From the NCBI GenBank assembly GCA_965227065.1, contig CBDDFN010000020.1, positions 411,471 to 475,470 on the forward strand: a stretch of DNA of 64,000 nucleotides, given 5' to 3'. Positions 20,021 to 29,312 of the stretch are shown here, in pieces (position 1 is the stretch's first letter; each line of letters begins with the position of its first letter). The translations under genes and the position numbers were made by a program. Source of the DNA: Alphaproteobacteria bacterium. Its GTDB lineage: Bacteria; Pseudomonadota; Alphaproteobacteria; SPJN01. The notes beneath the pieces are model-generated. The model made no database searches. It saw only the letters and a list, made by a program, of their open reading frames with translations, and was not told where the DNA came from.

Positions 20021-20479
20021 ATGATGCGCTTTGTTTTATCCTTTGGACTGGCTTTGCTGGCCGGGGCCTGTCAGGCGGGCGATTCCGCCAACACGCTCAC
20101 CGTTCAGCGGGGCACCAAGTCTGTCGCTGCTGTCACCATCACAATTGCCGAGACGGTCGAGCAACGGCAAACCGGCCTGATGCGGGTGAAATATATGCCC
20201 GCCGATCAGGGCATGTTGTTCCTGTTTGGCACTGAGCGCATCATCACCATGTGGATGCGCGAAACCTATATTCCGCTCGATATGATCTTTGCCCGTTGCG
20301 GCGGTGAAATCGTTCACATTCACGAAAACGCGGTCCCGCATGATGAAACCATCATTTCAAGCCAGCATCTCGCAAGTGCGGTGCTGGAGGTCAATGGCGG
20401 TTATGCGGCCAGGCACGGCATTCAGGTTGGCGACCGGCTGGTTCATTCCAAATTGCCGCGTGAGGTATGCGCCCCATGA
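20021..20479 (+). CDS. DUF192 family protein, probable lipoprotein
   Basis: GLM...GMLFLF, MWMRETYIPLDMIF, VLEVNGG; LLAGAC lipobox-like. Confidence 0.88.
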   Translation: MMRFVLSFGLALLAGACQAGDSANTLTVQRGTKSVAAVTITIAETVEQRQTGLMRVKYMPADQGMLFLFGTERIITMWMRETYIPLDMIFARCGGEIVHIHENAVPHDETIISSQHLASAVLEVNGGYAARHGIQVGDRLVHSKLPREVCAP

Positions 20480-20934
20480 GTTTTGAGTATCCCCGCTTTG
20501 ATGATGATGATCTGCCTGATGATCCGCCCGAGGGCTTCAAGCCTTATGAGCATGCCGGGCCGTTTTCATCCCGCAACGGCCCGTTCTATTACAAGAAGGA
20601 TGATGAGGGCGGCCATGTCCGCGCCTTCCGGGTGCGCACACGGCATTGCAATGGCGCGGGCGTCATTCATGGCGGCTGTCTGATGGCTTTTGCGGACGGC
20701 ATTTTGGGCTATACGGCGTGGAATGCGGTGGACGGCCCGACGCTCACCATCACCATGAATTCCGATTTTTTGTCGATTGCCCGGCCCGGCGACTGGGTTG
20801 AAGGCAAGGGGGAGGTGATCCGGGCGACCAAATCGGTGGTTTTCGTCAAAACCGACCTCAAGGTAGGCCACCGGGCCATCTTTCACGCCCAGGCGATTTT
20901 CAAGGTCATGCGCGCGCGGCGGCCGGCCCGCTGA
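20476..20934 (+). CDS. PaaI-family hotdog thioesterase
   Basis: HCNGAGVIHGGCLMAFAD. Confidence 0.85.
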   Translation: MSFEYPRFDDDDLPDDPPEGFKPYEHAGPFSSRNGPFYYKKDDEGGHVRAFRVRTRHCNGAGVIHGGCLMAFADGILGYTAWNAVDGPTLTITMNSDFLSIARPGDWVEGKGEVIRATKSVVFVKTDLKVGHRAIFHAQAIFKVMRARRPAR

Positions 20935-21009
20935 AGCGAAGCCTGTGCGGTGCGCCATCGCACCGCTTGCAGGCCGGGATTTTGGGGTGTACAGAGCACG
21001 ACACGCTTT

Positions 21010-21086
21010 CGGGGCGTAGCTCAGCCTGGTAGAGCGCCTGCTTTGGGAGCAGGAAGTCGTCAGTTCGAATCTGGCCGCCCCGACCA
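21010..21086 (+). tRNA. tRNA-Pro(TGG)
   Basis: CGGGGCG acceptor stem, anticodon arm CCTGC-TTTGGGA-GCAGG, GTTCGAATC T-loop, encoded CCA. Confidence 0.97.
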
Positions 21087-21127
21087 ATATTGGAAACGGC
21101 GGCACGCTTGAAAAAGGGATGATTGCA

Positions 21128-21424
21128 ATGGCCTTGGCCCGGATTTACAGACCGACCAAAAATGCGATGCAGTCAGGTCGCGGCAATGTCAAAAAATGGG
21201 TTCTCGAATTTGAACCCAAAAGCGCCAAGATCATCGACCCTTTGATGGGCTGGACGGGCTCGACCGACACCGATGGTCAGGTGCGCCTGAAGTTCGACGA
21301 GAAAGACGCGGCTGTGCGCTATGCCGAAAAATACGGGCTGGCCTTTCAGCTGATCGAGCCCAAGGAGCGCACACCCAAGCGCAAAAGCTACGCCGACAAT
21401 TTCAAATTTGAAGTGCCGGAATAG
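21128..21424 (+). CDS. Complex I NDUFS4-like accessory subunit
   Basis: ARIYRPTKNAMQSG...W.LEF...DPLMGW.GS.D...QV.L.F...KSYADNF. Confidence 0.9.
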   Translation: MALARIYRPTKNAMQSGRGNVKKWVLEFEPKSAKIIDPLMGWTGSTDTDGQVRLKFDEKDAAVRYAEKYGLAFQLIEPKERTPKRKSYADNFKFEVPE

Positions 21425-21659
21425 GCAGAGCCGACAATGTTGGTCGTCGTTCCGGTTTTCGCTCGGCAGAGCGGAAGACCGGAATCTTCTGAAGAGCGCA
21501 TAGACCAGACACAACGGTGCCTGAACAAGTCATCCGCCATCAGATTCCGGTCTTGGCCGAACGGGCAAACCGGAATGACGCGGCTTGTTTGGGATGACAT
21601 TGCCGCCAGAATCCCCGATAAAGCCATCGCTGATAAAGCCACCCCACCGGCTCTCATGC

Positions 21660-21736
21660 GCGCCCATAGCTCAACTGGATAGAGCACGTGCCTTCTAAGC
21701 TCGCGGTTGCAGGTTCGAGTCCTGCTGGGCGCGCCA
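21660..21736 (+). tRNA. tRNA-Arg(TCT)
   Basis: GCGCCCA acceptor stem, CTTCTAA anticodon loop (one T-T mismatch in the stem), GCAGG-TTCGAGT-CCTGC, CCA. Confidence 0.93.
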
Positions 21737-21875
21737 TTGCCCTTGGGGCCAGCGGCGTCCTAAGGGCAATGGCAATCATCATGTCTCGAACCGTTCGTCA
21801 GACGAGCGTGCATGCGCGCGAGGCGGGCGGAGGGAGCGACAGCGACTGACGACAGTCCTGCTGGGCGCGCCATTG
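21718..21875 (+). repeat. 22-bp direct repeat of the tRNA-Arg 3' end
   Basis: AGTCCTGCTGGGCGCGCCATTG at 21718-21739 and 21854-21875, each followed by a stem-loop. Confidence 0.92.
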
Positions 21876-21911
21876 ACCATGGGCCTTAGGCCCGGTGGTC
21901 AAGGCAGCGGA

Positions 21912-22340
21912 TTATTTGCGCAACACATCCGCCAGGGAGTCGGGCTGGGTTTCAAAGGCGTGTGCGCCTTCGGGCAGGACGATCCAGGATTGCGCCGAGC
22001 GGGTCCATAGATGCACATCGGGAACGACGCGGCTTGTGTCGTCAAGCGTGCCGGGCTGAAGTTTTGCCACGCCCGGTGTTGCGCTGCCCACGCCGTAAAT
22101 GATGTTGCCGCATTCAGCGCAGGAATAGCGCGTATTGCTGTCACCGCCATCAGAGGTGCGCGTGAACGCTGTCATTTCACCGGCAACCGCGAGAGCATCG
22201 AGCGGGTAAACCGCGCCCAGTGAAAACGCGCTACCGGTCCGCTTCTGGCAGGTCATGCAGTGACACGCATAGGTGAACAGGGGCGCGCCGGAGATCGTGT
22301 AGTGCACTTGCCCGCATTGGCAGGCTCCGTTTTGGGTCAT
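21912..22340 (-). CDS. GFA/CENP-V family Zn-binding protein
   Basis: GACQCG, CHCMTCQK, CAECG; GGAGG RBS. Confidence 0.9.
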   Translation of the reverse strand: MTQNGACQCGQVHYTISGAPLFTYACHCMTCQKRTGSAFSLGAVYPLDALAVAGEMTAFTRTSDGGDSNTRYSCAECGNIIYGVGSATPGVAKLQPGTLDDTSRVVPDVHLWTRSAQSWIVLPEGAHAFETQPDSLADVLRK

Positions 22341-22455
22341 GGCTGACCTCCGCTCCTGGATGAGACTTTTTGATTCTGGAATGGGACCACAAACAGGATG
22401 AGGTGTCATTTACCTGCCACGTTATGACGATGCACAATCAACTCCGCCGCTATCG

Positions 22456-22941
22456 TCAGTCCAAGTGGACAAATGAATCCATAACGGTGCCTTTGAGTTG
22501 CGTGACGCAAGTCTTAACGGCTTCGACAATCTCGCCATTTTTGAATGCATTGGGAAACAAGTGGGTTCCGCCAGCGAAAAATAGTGCTCTATTTTGATGA
22601 AACTGGATCGTGAAATAGGGTTGTTTGACAGCCTCAGCCATCAAAAAGCCGGCGGCTCCTCCGCCCGCTCCGGTATTAATCGGGTAATAATCCCGTGTGA
22701 TGGGGTAAAGCTTGCTTTCTTCCATATCCATAACCTCCCGGCGAAGAAAGCTTTTATCACTTTGTATGCGCAACCATTCGCCATGTGAGCAGTCGGCAAC
22801 TTGCCGGTCCGTTGGGCCCGACCAGTCAATCGCGGCGTAGATTTTTCGTTTGTCGCTGCCCGCCGGATTTCCCGAGCAGGCACCCATACTGATCAAAATT
22901 GCTGTAATCGTCGCGATGCGCACCGATATTTTCAAAAACAT
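22456..22941 (-). CDS. Hypothetical lipoprotein in a lower-GC stretch
   Basis: MFLKISVRIATITAILISMGAC signal/lipobox; AT-rich; no family recognised; start inferred. Confidence 0.55.
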   Translation of the reverse strand: MFLKISVRIATITAILISMGACSGNPAGSDKRKIYAAIDWSGPTDRQVADCSHGEWLRIQSDKSFLRREVMDMEESKLYPITRDYYPINTGAGGGAAGFLMAEAVKQPYFTIQFHQNRALFFAGGTHLFPNAFKNGEIVEAVKTCVTQLKGTVMDSFVHLD

Positions 22942-23118
22942 TTTGATAAAGTTCCAATAATAGAGGGCGTGTTTATTAAATATGCTATCACTTACTGGGG
23001 GTCGCGCAAATGTATTCAAAGTGCGTGACATTCTGCCAAATGGGTTGAAAAGCGCGTGAATTTTGTGCGCTGCTGGGGCATGGTGAGGGCGATTCATCTT
23101 GCCTTTTAGACCGGTTCC

Positions 23119-23988
23119 ATGCGCCTTCCAGCTCCTCTCGCTTTGATGCGGCCCCATCAATGGGTGAAAAACGGCCTTGTTGCCGCGCCATTGTTCTTCA
23201 CGCCCGAACAGGTCAATCTTGATTCGATCATTGCGGTTGTGATCGCGATTGCGTGCTTCTGCTTCATCTCAAGCTCGGTCTATATCCTGAACGATTATGC
23301 CGACCGTGAGGCTGACCGGCAGCATCCTGAGAAAAAGACCCGGCCGCTGGCGGCTGGAACGGTGCCGATCCCGGTCGCCTTTGCTTTGCTCGGCCTGTTG
23401 CTGGTGGCCGGCTTTGGCGGCAGTTTCGTGCTGATCGGCCCGCAAGTGGTGCCGTTTCTGGCGATCTATTTCGTGCTTAATCTGGCTTACAGTTTCGGGC
23501 TCAAGAAACTGGCTTTGATCGATGTGATGATCATCGCGCTGGGCTTTATCATCCGGGTTGAGGCCGGGGCGGCCGCGGCTGATTTGATCCCGTCTGTGTG
23601 GATCATGATCATGACCGGCCTGGGCGCGCTGTTCATCGCGCTCGCCAAACGCCGTGATGATCTGGTGCGCGCGCTTGATAGCGGTCACCGCAAGGCGCTG
23701 GAAGGCTACAATCTTCAATTCCTCGACTCGGCTATGTCGATCGTGATCGGGGCGGTTCTGGTCGCCTATCTCATCTACACGACCGATGCCGACGTGATCG
23801 CGCGTATGGGAACCAACAAGCTTTACTACACCGCGCCTTTTGTGGTTCTGGGCCTGTTCCGCTATCTTCAGATCACGCTGGTGGAGGAACGATCAGGCTC
23901 TCCCACCAAGGTTATTTTGACCGACAAGTTTCTGATGGGGGTGGGCGCGCTGTGGGCCCTGACCTTCGGCGCCCTGCTTTATATCTAG
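23119..23988 (+). CDS. UbiA-family polyprenyl-phosphate phosphoribosyltransferase (DPPR synthase-like)
   Basis: RPHQWVKN, YILNDYADREADRQHPEKKTRPLAAG, AKRR, GSPT. Confidence 0.88.
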   Translation: MRLPAPLALMRPHQWVKNGLVAAPLFFTPEQVNLDSIIAVVIAIACFCFISSSVYILNDYADREADRQHPEKKTRPLAAGTVPIPVAFALLGLLLVAGFGGSFVLIGPQVVPFLAIYFVLNLAYSFGLKKLALIDVMIIALGFIIRVEAGAAAADLIPSVWIMIMTGLGALFIALAKRRDDLVRALDSGHRKALEGYNLQFLDSAMSIVIGAVLVAYLIYTTDADVIARMGTNKLYYTAPFVVLGLFRYLQITLVEERSGSPTKVILTDKFLMGVGALWALTFGALLYI

Positions 23989-24009
23989 ACCGAGTTTTGG
24001 GAGGCCCGC

Positions 24010-25020
24010 GTGGCTGAAGGCGGCATCCGCAAGATCGTTTCCGACAAGGGGTTCATGGCCCGCGCCGAACGCTGGGTGCTGTATTCCATGCTCGGCTTTG
24101 TCGGCGTGTTTGCGATTGCCGCAATCCTGTCGGGCGGCGAAGAGGTTCTGGCCGCGCTCAAGCGTATTTCGATCTGGGAATATGGGCTGCTGCTGGGGTT
24201 GAGCCTGCTGAACTATGCGGGCCGGGCGGCGCGCTGGCAGCTTTTCACCCGCAAGCTTGATATTGATATCCCCTTTGGCCGCAACACGCTTTACTACATT
24301 GCCGGCTTTTCGATGACCGCAACGCCAGCCAAGGCGGGCGAGGCGCTGCGCCTGTGGTTCATGAAACGCGCGCACAAGATCCGCTACGCCAATTCGCTCA
24401 ACATTCTGGTGGCCGACCGTCTGTCCGATATGGGTGGCACGCTCATTCTGGTTTCGGTGTCGGTTGCGCTGTATGACGCCTATTGGTGGGTGACGGCGGG
24501 TGCGGCGGGGTTCACCGTGCTCGTCACCCTGTTCTTCATGCGCCCGCAAATCGGCATCATGCTGATCAACTGGGCCTATGCCCGGGTGGAACGCAGCCCG
24601 CGCCTGTTTGCCCAAGCCCGGCACATGATGCGCCAGTCGGCGCGTCTGGCCTCCATCCCGACCTATTCGGCCGCGCTTGTGCTGGCGGTGGGCGGCTGGT
24701 TCGCCGAGGCGTTTGCATTCTATCTGTTGCTCGACATTCTGGGCGCGCAAATCGGCCTTGGCGAGGCGGTGTTTATTTTCGGCTTTTCCATGCTGGTCGG
24801 CGCGGCGGCCATGTTGCCCGGCGGGCTCGGCGGGACCGAGGCGACCATGTTCGGGCTTTTGGTGGCGCTGGGTGTCAGCGCCGACATTGCGATTGCAGCT
24901 ACCGCGGTGATCCGCTCAACCACACTGTGGTTCGCCATATTGCTCGGCTTTATGGTGTTGCCCGCAACTTTGAAACGCGTGCGCGCCGATGAAACCAGCC
25001 TTGAAGGAGCGCCATCATGA
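24010..25020 (+). CDS. UPF0104 / lysylphosphatidylglycerol-synthase TM-like membrane protein (putative flippase)
   Basis: R..RW, TPAKAGEALR, DRLSD, LPGGLGGTEA, R..TLW. Confidence 0.8.
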   Translation: MAEGGIRKIVSDKGFMARAERWVLYSMLGFVGVFAIAAILSGGEEVLAALKRISIWEYGLLLGLSLLNYAGRAARWQLFTRKLDIDIPFGRNTLYYIAGFSMTATPAKAGEALRLWFMKRAHKIRYANSLNILVADRLSDMGGTLILVSVSVALYDAYWWVTAGAAGFTVLVTLFFMRPQIGIMLINWAYARVERSPRLFAQARHMMRQSARLASIPTYSAALVLAVGGWFAEAFAFYLLLDILGAQIGLGEAVFIFGFSMLVGAAAMLPGGLGGTEATMFGLLVALGVSADIAIAATAVIRSTTLWFAILLGFMVLPATLKRVRADETSLEGAPS

Positions 25021-26360
25021 ACTGGAATGAGATGCCGCTCACCGGATGGGGGCGCACCACTGTTGTTGAAGGGTCGGTGGGCAGGCCCGAACGCGGTTCA
25101 GACCTCGCCAAGCTGCTGCGCGAGGCCGACGGCCATCCGCTGATCACCCATGGCGGGGGACGCGCCTATGGCGACCAGGCCCTGCCGGTTGAAGATGGCA
25201 AGGTTATCCTGACGAGCCGCATGAACCGCATGTTGGCGCTTGACCCTGACGCGGCCACCATCACCGTTGAGCCCGGCGTGACGTTCCGTGATCTTGTCCG
25301 CTCACTGGTGCCGCAAGGTCTGCTGGTGCCGGTGACGCCGGGCACCGCCTTTGCCACCATTGGCGGGGCGGTTGCCAATGATGTCCATGGCAAGAACCAC
25401 AGCCATGGCAGTTTCGGCGACTATGTCACCGCGCTTGAGCTTATCCTGCCCGATGGCAGTGAAAAGACCGTCACCGAGGCTGAGACGCCGGAGCTGTTCA
25501 AAGCCACGATTGCGGGCCTGGGCCTGACCGGCCTGGTCAAGTCGATCAGTTTCCAGCTGAAGACAGTGCCGGGCGACTGCATGGTGCGGCGCGAACGCAA
25601 GATTAATAATCTCGAAGATTATCTGTGCGCCTTTGAAGAGGAAAACGCCAAAGGCACGCCCTATCTGGTCGGCTGGATCGATGCCATAGCCAGGGGCCGC
25701 AAGATGGGCCGGGGCATTTTGGAAGCAGCAGAACCGGCGGCGGAAACGTTGGGCGAGGAGCCAGCACCGGATAAGGCGGTGCCGATTGATTTCCCCGGCT
25801 TTGCGCTTAATCCCTTGTCGGTGCGCGCGTTCAACATGGCCTATTACAATCGCATTGGCGCCAAGGGGCGCGAGGCGCTGGTGCCGTTTGAGACCTTCTT
25901 TTATCCCCTTGATGCCATGGCCAACTGGAACCGGATTTACGGCAAGCGCGGCTTTTACCAGTTCCAATGTGTCGTCCCGCAGGCCGATGGCGAGCAGGCG
26001 CTGGCCAAGCTTCTGGACGAGATTTCGCGCGCAGGCGCGGCGTCTTTCCTGGCGGTGCTGAAATGTATGGGCCGGCGCGGCAAAGGCTATCTGAGCTTTC
26101 CCATGCCCGGCTATACGCTGGCGCTTGATTTCCCGGCCAGTTCCAAGACGGCCGAGCTGGTCGGCACGCTGAACAAGATTGCCCGTGATTATGGCGGGCG
26201 GGTCTATCTCGCCAAGGATGCGCTTTTGTCGTCGGATGATTTTGAGGCCATGTATCCCGAGGCAGACCAGTTCCGCTCTGTCCTGCGCGCGATTGATCCG
26301 GCCGGACGGATGGCATCGCCCATGGCGCGGCGTCTGAATTTGACGGGGGCAGGGCAATGA
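25017..26360 (+). CDS. DprE1-like FAD-dependent oxidoreductase
   Basis: LTGWGR, GRAYGD, VTPGT..ATIGGAVANDVHGKNH, YGKRGFYQFQ, GGRVYLAKD. Confidence 0.88.
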   Translation: MNWNEMPLTGWGRTTVVEGSVGRPERGSDLAKLLREADGHPLITHGGGRAYGDQALPVEDGKVILTSRMNRMLALDPDAATITVEPGVTFRDLVRSLVPQGLLVPVTPGTAFATIGGAVANDVHGKNHSHGSFGDYVTALELILPDGSEKTVTEAETPELFKATIAGLGLTGLVKSISFQLKTVPGDCMVRRERKINNLEDYLCAFEEENAKGTPYLVGWIDAIARGRKMGRGILEAAEPAAETLGEEPAPDKAVPIDFPGFALNPLSVRAFNMAYYNRIGAKGREALVPFETFFYPLDAMANWNRIYGKRGFYQFQCVVPQADGEQALAKLLDEISRAGAASFLAVLKCMGRRGKGYLSFPMPGYTLALDFPASSKTAELVGTLNKIARDYGGRVYLAKDALLSSDDFEAMYPEADQFRSVLRAIDPAGRMASPMARRLNLTGAGQ

Positions 26361-27118
26361 GCAAAGTGCAACGGCAAGATGGAACCTGCTGGGTGATTTT
26401 GGGCGCAAGCTCTGCACTTGCCCGCGCCTTCGCCCATAAAGTCGCCGGGCTTGGGGCTGATGTGATTGTGGCGGGCCGTGATCTGGATGATCTGTCGGCG
26501 ACTGCTGCCGATCTTAAAATCCGCTATGGTGTCGATAGCCATGTTTTGAGTTTTGATGCCGCCGATACCGCCAGTCATGATGGTGCGGTCGCGCGGATTA
26601 CCGAGCTTGCCACCAAGCCCATCAGCGTCTTTCTGGCTTTTGCGGTCATGCCCACCCAGGATGAGATTGATGCCGATCCGGACAAGGCGGTTGTGACCAC
26701 CCAGACGGGCTATGTTGGCGCGGTGTCGATCCTGCACCGACTGGCACCTGTGCTGGAGACGCAAGGCGAGGGCCGGGTCATAGGCATTGGCTCGGTCGCC
26801 GGTGATCGCGGGCGGCTTAAAAACTATGTCTACGGGTCGGCCAAAGCGGGGCTGCACACCTATCTGCAAGGGCTGCGCGCGCGGCTCTACGCCAAGAATG
26901 TCATGGTGACAACGATCAAGCCGGGCTTTGTCGACACGCCGATGACCTGGGGCGACAAGGGCCCGATCCCGATTGCCAGCCCCGATGCGGCGGCGACCCA
27001 GATTCTCAAAGTGTCGGACAAGGGCAAGGGCTCGGCTTACGTGCCCGGCTTCTGGTTCTTTATTCTTACGATTGTGCGCTTTATTCCCGAAAAGATTTTG
27101 TGGCGATTGCCTATTTGA
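26357..27118 (+). CDS. DprE2-like short-chain dehydrogenase
   Basis: ILGASSALA, SVAGDRGRLKNYVYGSAKAG, KPGFVDTPMT; overlaps the dprE1-like gene. Confidence 0.85.
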   Translation: MSKVQRQDGTCWVILGASSALARAFAHKVAGLGADVIVAGRDLDDLSATAADLKIRYGVDSHVLSFDAADTASHDGAVARITELATKPISVFLAFAVMPTQDEIDADPDKAVVTTQTGYVGAVSILHRLAPVLETQGEGRVIGIGSVAGDRGRLKNYVYGSAKAGLHTYLQGLRARLYAKNVMVTTIKPGFVDTPMTWGDKGPIPIASPDAAATQILKVSDKGKGSAYVPGFWFFILTIVRFIPEKILWRLPI

Positions 27119-27168
27119 TCGGTCTCGATAATCTGTCACTCTTAATCAGTTGAGGTGAGGGGAGTAAC

Positions 27169-28383
27169 ATGCTGATCGATTTGTTGTTTCAGCGGCTGAT
27201 TAAGCAGGGTGGACTGAAAGTATCAGGTCCCGGTGAAGCGGTGCGCCACTTTGGACCCGATGGTCACGCAGCCCCGGTTCATTTGCATTTTGCGACCAAG
27301 CGGGCGGCGCAAAGACTGTTTCTCAACCCCAAATTATCACTCGGCGAAGATTATATGTCGGGCGAGCTTGAGCTGCGTCAGGGCTCGATGGCTGATTTTC
27401 TGGAACTGGTCACCGCCAATATGGGCGCGGTCGGCTCCATCCCCTTTCAGGGACCGGCTGACAGACTGCGTCAGGCCCTGCGCTGGTTTGCCCAGCGCAA
27501 TCCGCTGGGCCTCGCCCAGGAACATGTGAAGCATCACTACGATTTGTCGGGCGAGCTGTACGATCTGTTCCTTGATGAAGACCGCAACTATAGCTGCGCC
27601 TATTTTGAACGCCCTGATATGAGCCTTGAAGAGGCCCAGCAAGCCAAAAAGCATCTGGTGGCGCGCAAGCTGAATATCGAGCCGGGCATGTCGGTTCTGG
27701 AAATCGGCTGCGGCTGGGGTGGTCTTGCTTGCACGCTGGCCCGTGATTATGGCGCCAACGTCACCGCGATCACGCTCAGCGAAAAGCAATATGCCTATTC
27801 GAAAGAACGGGCGCGCAGGGAAGGGCTCGAAGACAAGGTCAATTTCGTCTTTGAAGACTATCGCGACACCAAGGGCACGTTTGACCGCATCGTTTCGGTC
27901 GGCATGTTTGAGCAAGTCGGCACGCCGCATTTCAAAACCTTTTTCGACACGGTTTACGACCGGCTGGCTGATGACGGAATGATGCTGCTGCATTCCATTG
28001 GCCGGATGGATGGGCCGGGCACCACGCCCTCGTTCATCCGCAAATATATTTTCCCCGGCGGCTATGTGCCGGCCTTGTCCGAAATCCTGCCTCATATTGA
28101 GCAGACCGGGCTGTGGGTCACCGATCTTGAAATTCTGCGCCTGCATTATGCCGAGACGCTGAAAAACTGGCGCGCCCGGTTTATGAAAAACTGGGACAAG
28201 GCGGCCGAGCTTTACGATGAGCAATTCTGCCGGATGTGGGAGTTTTATCTCGCCAGTTCGGAAATGACCTTCCGCCACTGGGGACAGATGGTGTTCCAGA
28301 TCCAATTGTCGAAAAGCGTCGACGCGGCGCCGCTAACGCGCGATTATATGTGGAACACGCAAGCCAGATCGATGGCGCGATAA
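27169..28383 (+). CDS. cfa: Cyclopropane-fatty-acyl-phospholipid synthase family methyltransferase
   Basis: HHYDLS, YSCAYF, LEIGCGWG, SVGMFE, YIFPGG, RMWEFYL. Confidence 0.9.
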   Translation: MLIDLLFQRLIKQGGLKVSGPGEAVRHFGPDGHAAPVHLHFATKRAAQRLFLNPKLSLGEDYMSGELELRQGSMADFLELVTANMGAVGSIPFQGPADRLRQALRWFAQRNPLGLAQEHVKHHYDLSGELYDLFLDEDRNYSCAYFERPDMSLEEAQQAKKHLVARKLNIEPGMSVLEIGCGWGGLACTLARDYGANVTAITLSEKQYAYSKERARREGLEDKVNFVFEDYRDTKGTFDRIVSVGMFEQVGTPHFKTFFDTVYDRLADDGMMLLHSIGRMDGPGTTPSFIRKYIFPGGYVPALSEILPHIEQTGLWVTDLEILRLHYAETLKNWRARFMKNWDKAAELYDEQFCRMWEFYLASSEMTFRHWGQMVFQIQLSKSVDAAPLTRDYMWNTQARSMAR

Positions 28384-28490
28384 AAAACGGCGCTGCTAAA
28401 AAAACGAAGTGACAAAAATTGGCGGTTTGTTAGGGTTTGATCATCGACATTGGGGGTCACGCCCATGGAAACACTAAAGGGGGAGTTGTG

Positions 28491-29036
28491 ATGAATTTGA
28501 AAAAGACACTGGTGGCGGGGACTGCTGCCGTGGCGTTGGCGGTGACCGCATCGGCACCGGCCTTTGCCTTTGAGCCCAAAAATGACCGCCGGGTCATGGC
28601 CTATTGGTCGTTTGATCTGGGCGGACCGCAAAAAACCGCTGAAGACCGCACCAAGCTTGGCCTGTCGGTCAATTTCGACGCCAGCCACAATGGCGCCTAT
28701 GCAAGCCACGGCACAGCGTTCGGCTATTCGGATTTTGAGCGTCCCGCGTTCATGGATCTGCAGCTTGGCTTTGATGGCAAGATGAAGGGCCTGGCACTCA
28801 ACGGATCGGACATGCTGGCCCTTGACCAGGCGCTTTATGCCGATGGCGATGACGAAGGCGGCACCCTGTTCGGCATCAAATGGTATTATGTGCTGTTTGC
28901 AGCCATGGGCGCAGGCTCAGCCGGCTATCTGATTTATGACGCCTTCTCCGATGATGATTCGGATGACGAGGATGCCGGTGGCGGCGGTGGCGGCGGCGGC
29001 GTGCCGCTGGTCGGCGATTTGCCGCTTCCGCTCTAA
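28491..29036 (+). CDS. Hypothetical exported protein with C-terminal TM segment and acidic/poly-Gly tail
   Basis: Signal peptide ending AFA, GGGAG RBS, terminator downstream. Confidence 0.7.
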   Translation: MNLKKTLVAGTAAVALAVTASAPAFAFEPKNDRRVMAYWSFDLGGPQKTAEDRTKLGLSVNFDASHNGAYASHGTAFGYSDFERPAFMDLQLGFDGKMKGLALNGSDMLALDQALYADGDDEGGTLFGIKWYYVLFAAMGAGSAGYLIYDAFSDDDSDDEDAGGGGGGGGVPLVGDLPLPL

Positions 29037-29043
29037 GCGCTTT

Positions 29044-29079
29044 AAAACCCGGCCTTTCGACAGCGAGGCCGGGTTTTTT
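29044..29079. terminator. Bidirectional rho-independent terminator
   Basis: AAAACCCGGCCT-loop-AGGCCGGGTTTTTT between convergent genes. Confidence 0.85.
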
Positions 29080-29299
29080 ATGTTTCCATCACGGCGACCA
29101 GATCGCCTTCGGTCACCATATCTTCTTCGGCGACCTTGATTTCCACCAGCGTGCCGTCAATCGGCGCGGCCACGGGGATTTCCATCTTCATCGATTCCAG
29201 AATGATGATGGGATCGTCTTCTTCCAGCGCCTGGCCGGGCTTGGCGACAATACGCCAGACCTTGCCGGTGATTTCAGTGCGGACGGGTGTTTTTGCCAT
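29078..29299 (-). CDS. Stand-alone biotin carboxyl carrier domain protein
   Basis: ILESMKMEIPV biotinylation motif, 73 aa. Confidence 0.9.
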   Translation of the reverse strand: MAKTPVRTEITGKVWRIVAKPGQALEEDDPIIILESMKMEIPVAAPIDGTLVEIKVAEEDMVTEGDLVAVMET

Positions 29300-29312
29300 C
29301 GGTGTGAGCTTC

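Noticed and set aside
19402-21424. Tandem cold-shock protein, DUF192, tRNA-Pro and NDUFS4-like gene as a possible new system
   Set aside because: Ordinary conserved alphaproteobacterial neighbourhood
21437-21687. Short ORFs and a GATAAAGCCA direct repeat upstream of tRNA-Arg
   Set aside because: The ORFs lack motifs or overlap the tRNA; a 10-bp repeat in a promoter region is too weak to call
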